A DNA stretch of 64,000 nt from Antedon mediterranea. Its lineage: Eukaryota; Animalia; Echinodermata. The translations under genes were made by a program, and so were the position numbers. Under the pieces are notes generated by a model that was not told the DNA's origin, ran no database searches, and saw only the letters and a program-made list of their open reading frames with translations. Below are positions 63,101 through 64,000 of the stretch, piece after piece; positions within the stretch are counted from its first letter, which is position 1, and each line of letters opens with the position of its first letter. The stretch lies in NCBI RefSeq assembly GCF_964355755.1, contig NC_092675.1:23284912-23348911 (forward strand), written 5' to 3'.

Positions 63101-64000
63101 TCGAGTTGCAAGGTAGTTCACTGTGGGGTTATGTACAAGTTTTAAAAGATGGTCAATTGAAGTATATATGCAATGATTACTGGGACATTGAAGATGGACG
63201 TGTTGTCTGTACACAATTAGGTCAGTATAATGATGTATTTTTTGTAATCATCTACAAAACTTTAATAGGCGAACAAAGACACGGTCACACTAATAATAAA
63301 TTAAATCATATTATAATATTAATATTATATATAATAATGATGACAGTTATAATATTAGGTATTGCGACCATTGATGGTTGATATATTAACCAACCTGTCA
63401 GTTGGTTATACAGGAACCAAGTGAAAGATTGTAGTAGTCAGCAGTGAAGAAACTGCAGATACTGTTTAGTGTCGCTAGACATAATACTTTGTACGACAAT
63501 CGAGTGGCATAACTATAATACTGCAAGTTTCCATCCCACTGTAGAATAACGATTAACGTTCTCAATGTTTGAGTATCAAGTACAATTTACTTCAGATTGA
63601 CATCTAATGAGTATTGTTATATTATTAAGCTTCATATATATTTGCTGTTATTCAAAATGGTAATTAGAGAACCTGTTTTGTATTGTATTGATGCCACAAT
63701 TGACTATTGTTTTACCGGTACGTGTTTGTAGAAATAACATTGCTTTAATGACTAGAATTATAATTCTAGGGATGTCATAGGATTATGTTCAGAGACATCA
63801 TTTTAAATAGTATTTGCCTTTAGGTCTTGGTGATGTATTTACGGTTAGTGGAGAGACATACCCTACAGAAAATACTATACCAGATGGGTTCTTGTGCGAT
63901 GGAACAGAGAGTACGCTAACCGAGTGTCAACGTACATCAGATCTACCAGGTGACGAAAATACACGATGCAATGCAGCTTACGTATCATGTGGTCCAAAGG
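60188..64000 (+). CDS. Signal peptide + SRCR (scavenger receptor cysteine-rich) domain protein, partial; exons 60188-60248, 63077-63220, 63824->64000
   Basis: MFYIRVVILFATALVISHAQ signal peptide ends at a phase-1 GTAAGT donor. SRCR motifs: GYVQV..ICNDYWDIEDGRVVCTQLG and CDGTESTLTEC..CNAAYVSC. Confidence 0.8.
61098..61432. mobile_element. Decayed copy of the TTAA/Kolobok-like family, opposite orientation to 4354-4700
   Basis: tgtccccctgaaaaaa, cactttgaccaaaa, caaagtctgattt and aatacatct match the reverse complement of 4354-4700. Confidence 0.6.
61740..62200. repeat. Three degenerate direct repeats (~170-210 bp spacing) in SRCR intron 1
   Basis: tatcaattttac..ttaatct..actgttaaaagt..ggattt recurs near 61750, 61920 and 62133. 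Confidence 0.6.

Overview
AT-rich, intron-containing animal genomic DNA. It is probably from an invertebrate deuterostome such as an echinoderm, inferred from the Deu-domain SINEs and gene content. All gene models were built by hand from GT-AG sites and checked for reading-frame continuity. (1) A tandem array of MS4A/CD20-like four-TM genes lies on the minus strand: two complete copies (CDS 2002-5444 and 12103-16072) and a start-less fragment at 1-71. The copies are near-identical except for divergent extracellular loops, the second of which is Tyr-rich. (2) A 23-exon, ~1422-aa plus-strand gene (22522-37234) joins a single-exon ZAK/MLK-like non-RD kinase to two degenerate ephexin/SGEF-type DH-PH modules and an SH3 domain. 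I do not recognise this architecture, and it is the main candidate for a novel system. (3) An RGS17/19/20 (RZ-family) gene has a cysteine string and a likely alternative 5' splice site. (4) The 5' end of a signal-peptide plus SRCR gene runs off the window. Intergenic and intronic DNA holds many non-autonomous elements: 9-bp-TSD MULE-like foldbacks (one nested), TTAA-flanked Kolobok-like elements, Harbinger-like MITEs, a probable solo LTR, DeuSINEs and a Helentron-like element. There are also minisatellites and a 1.24-kb tandem duplication.
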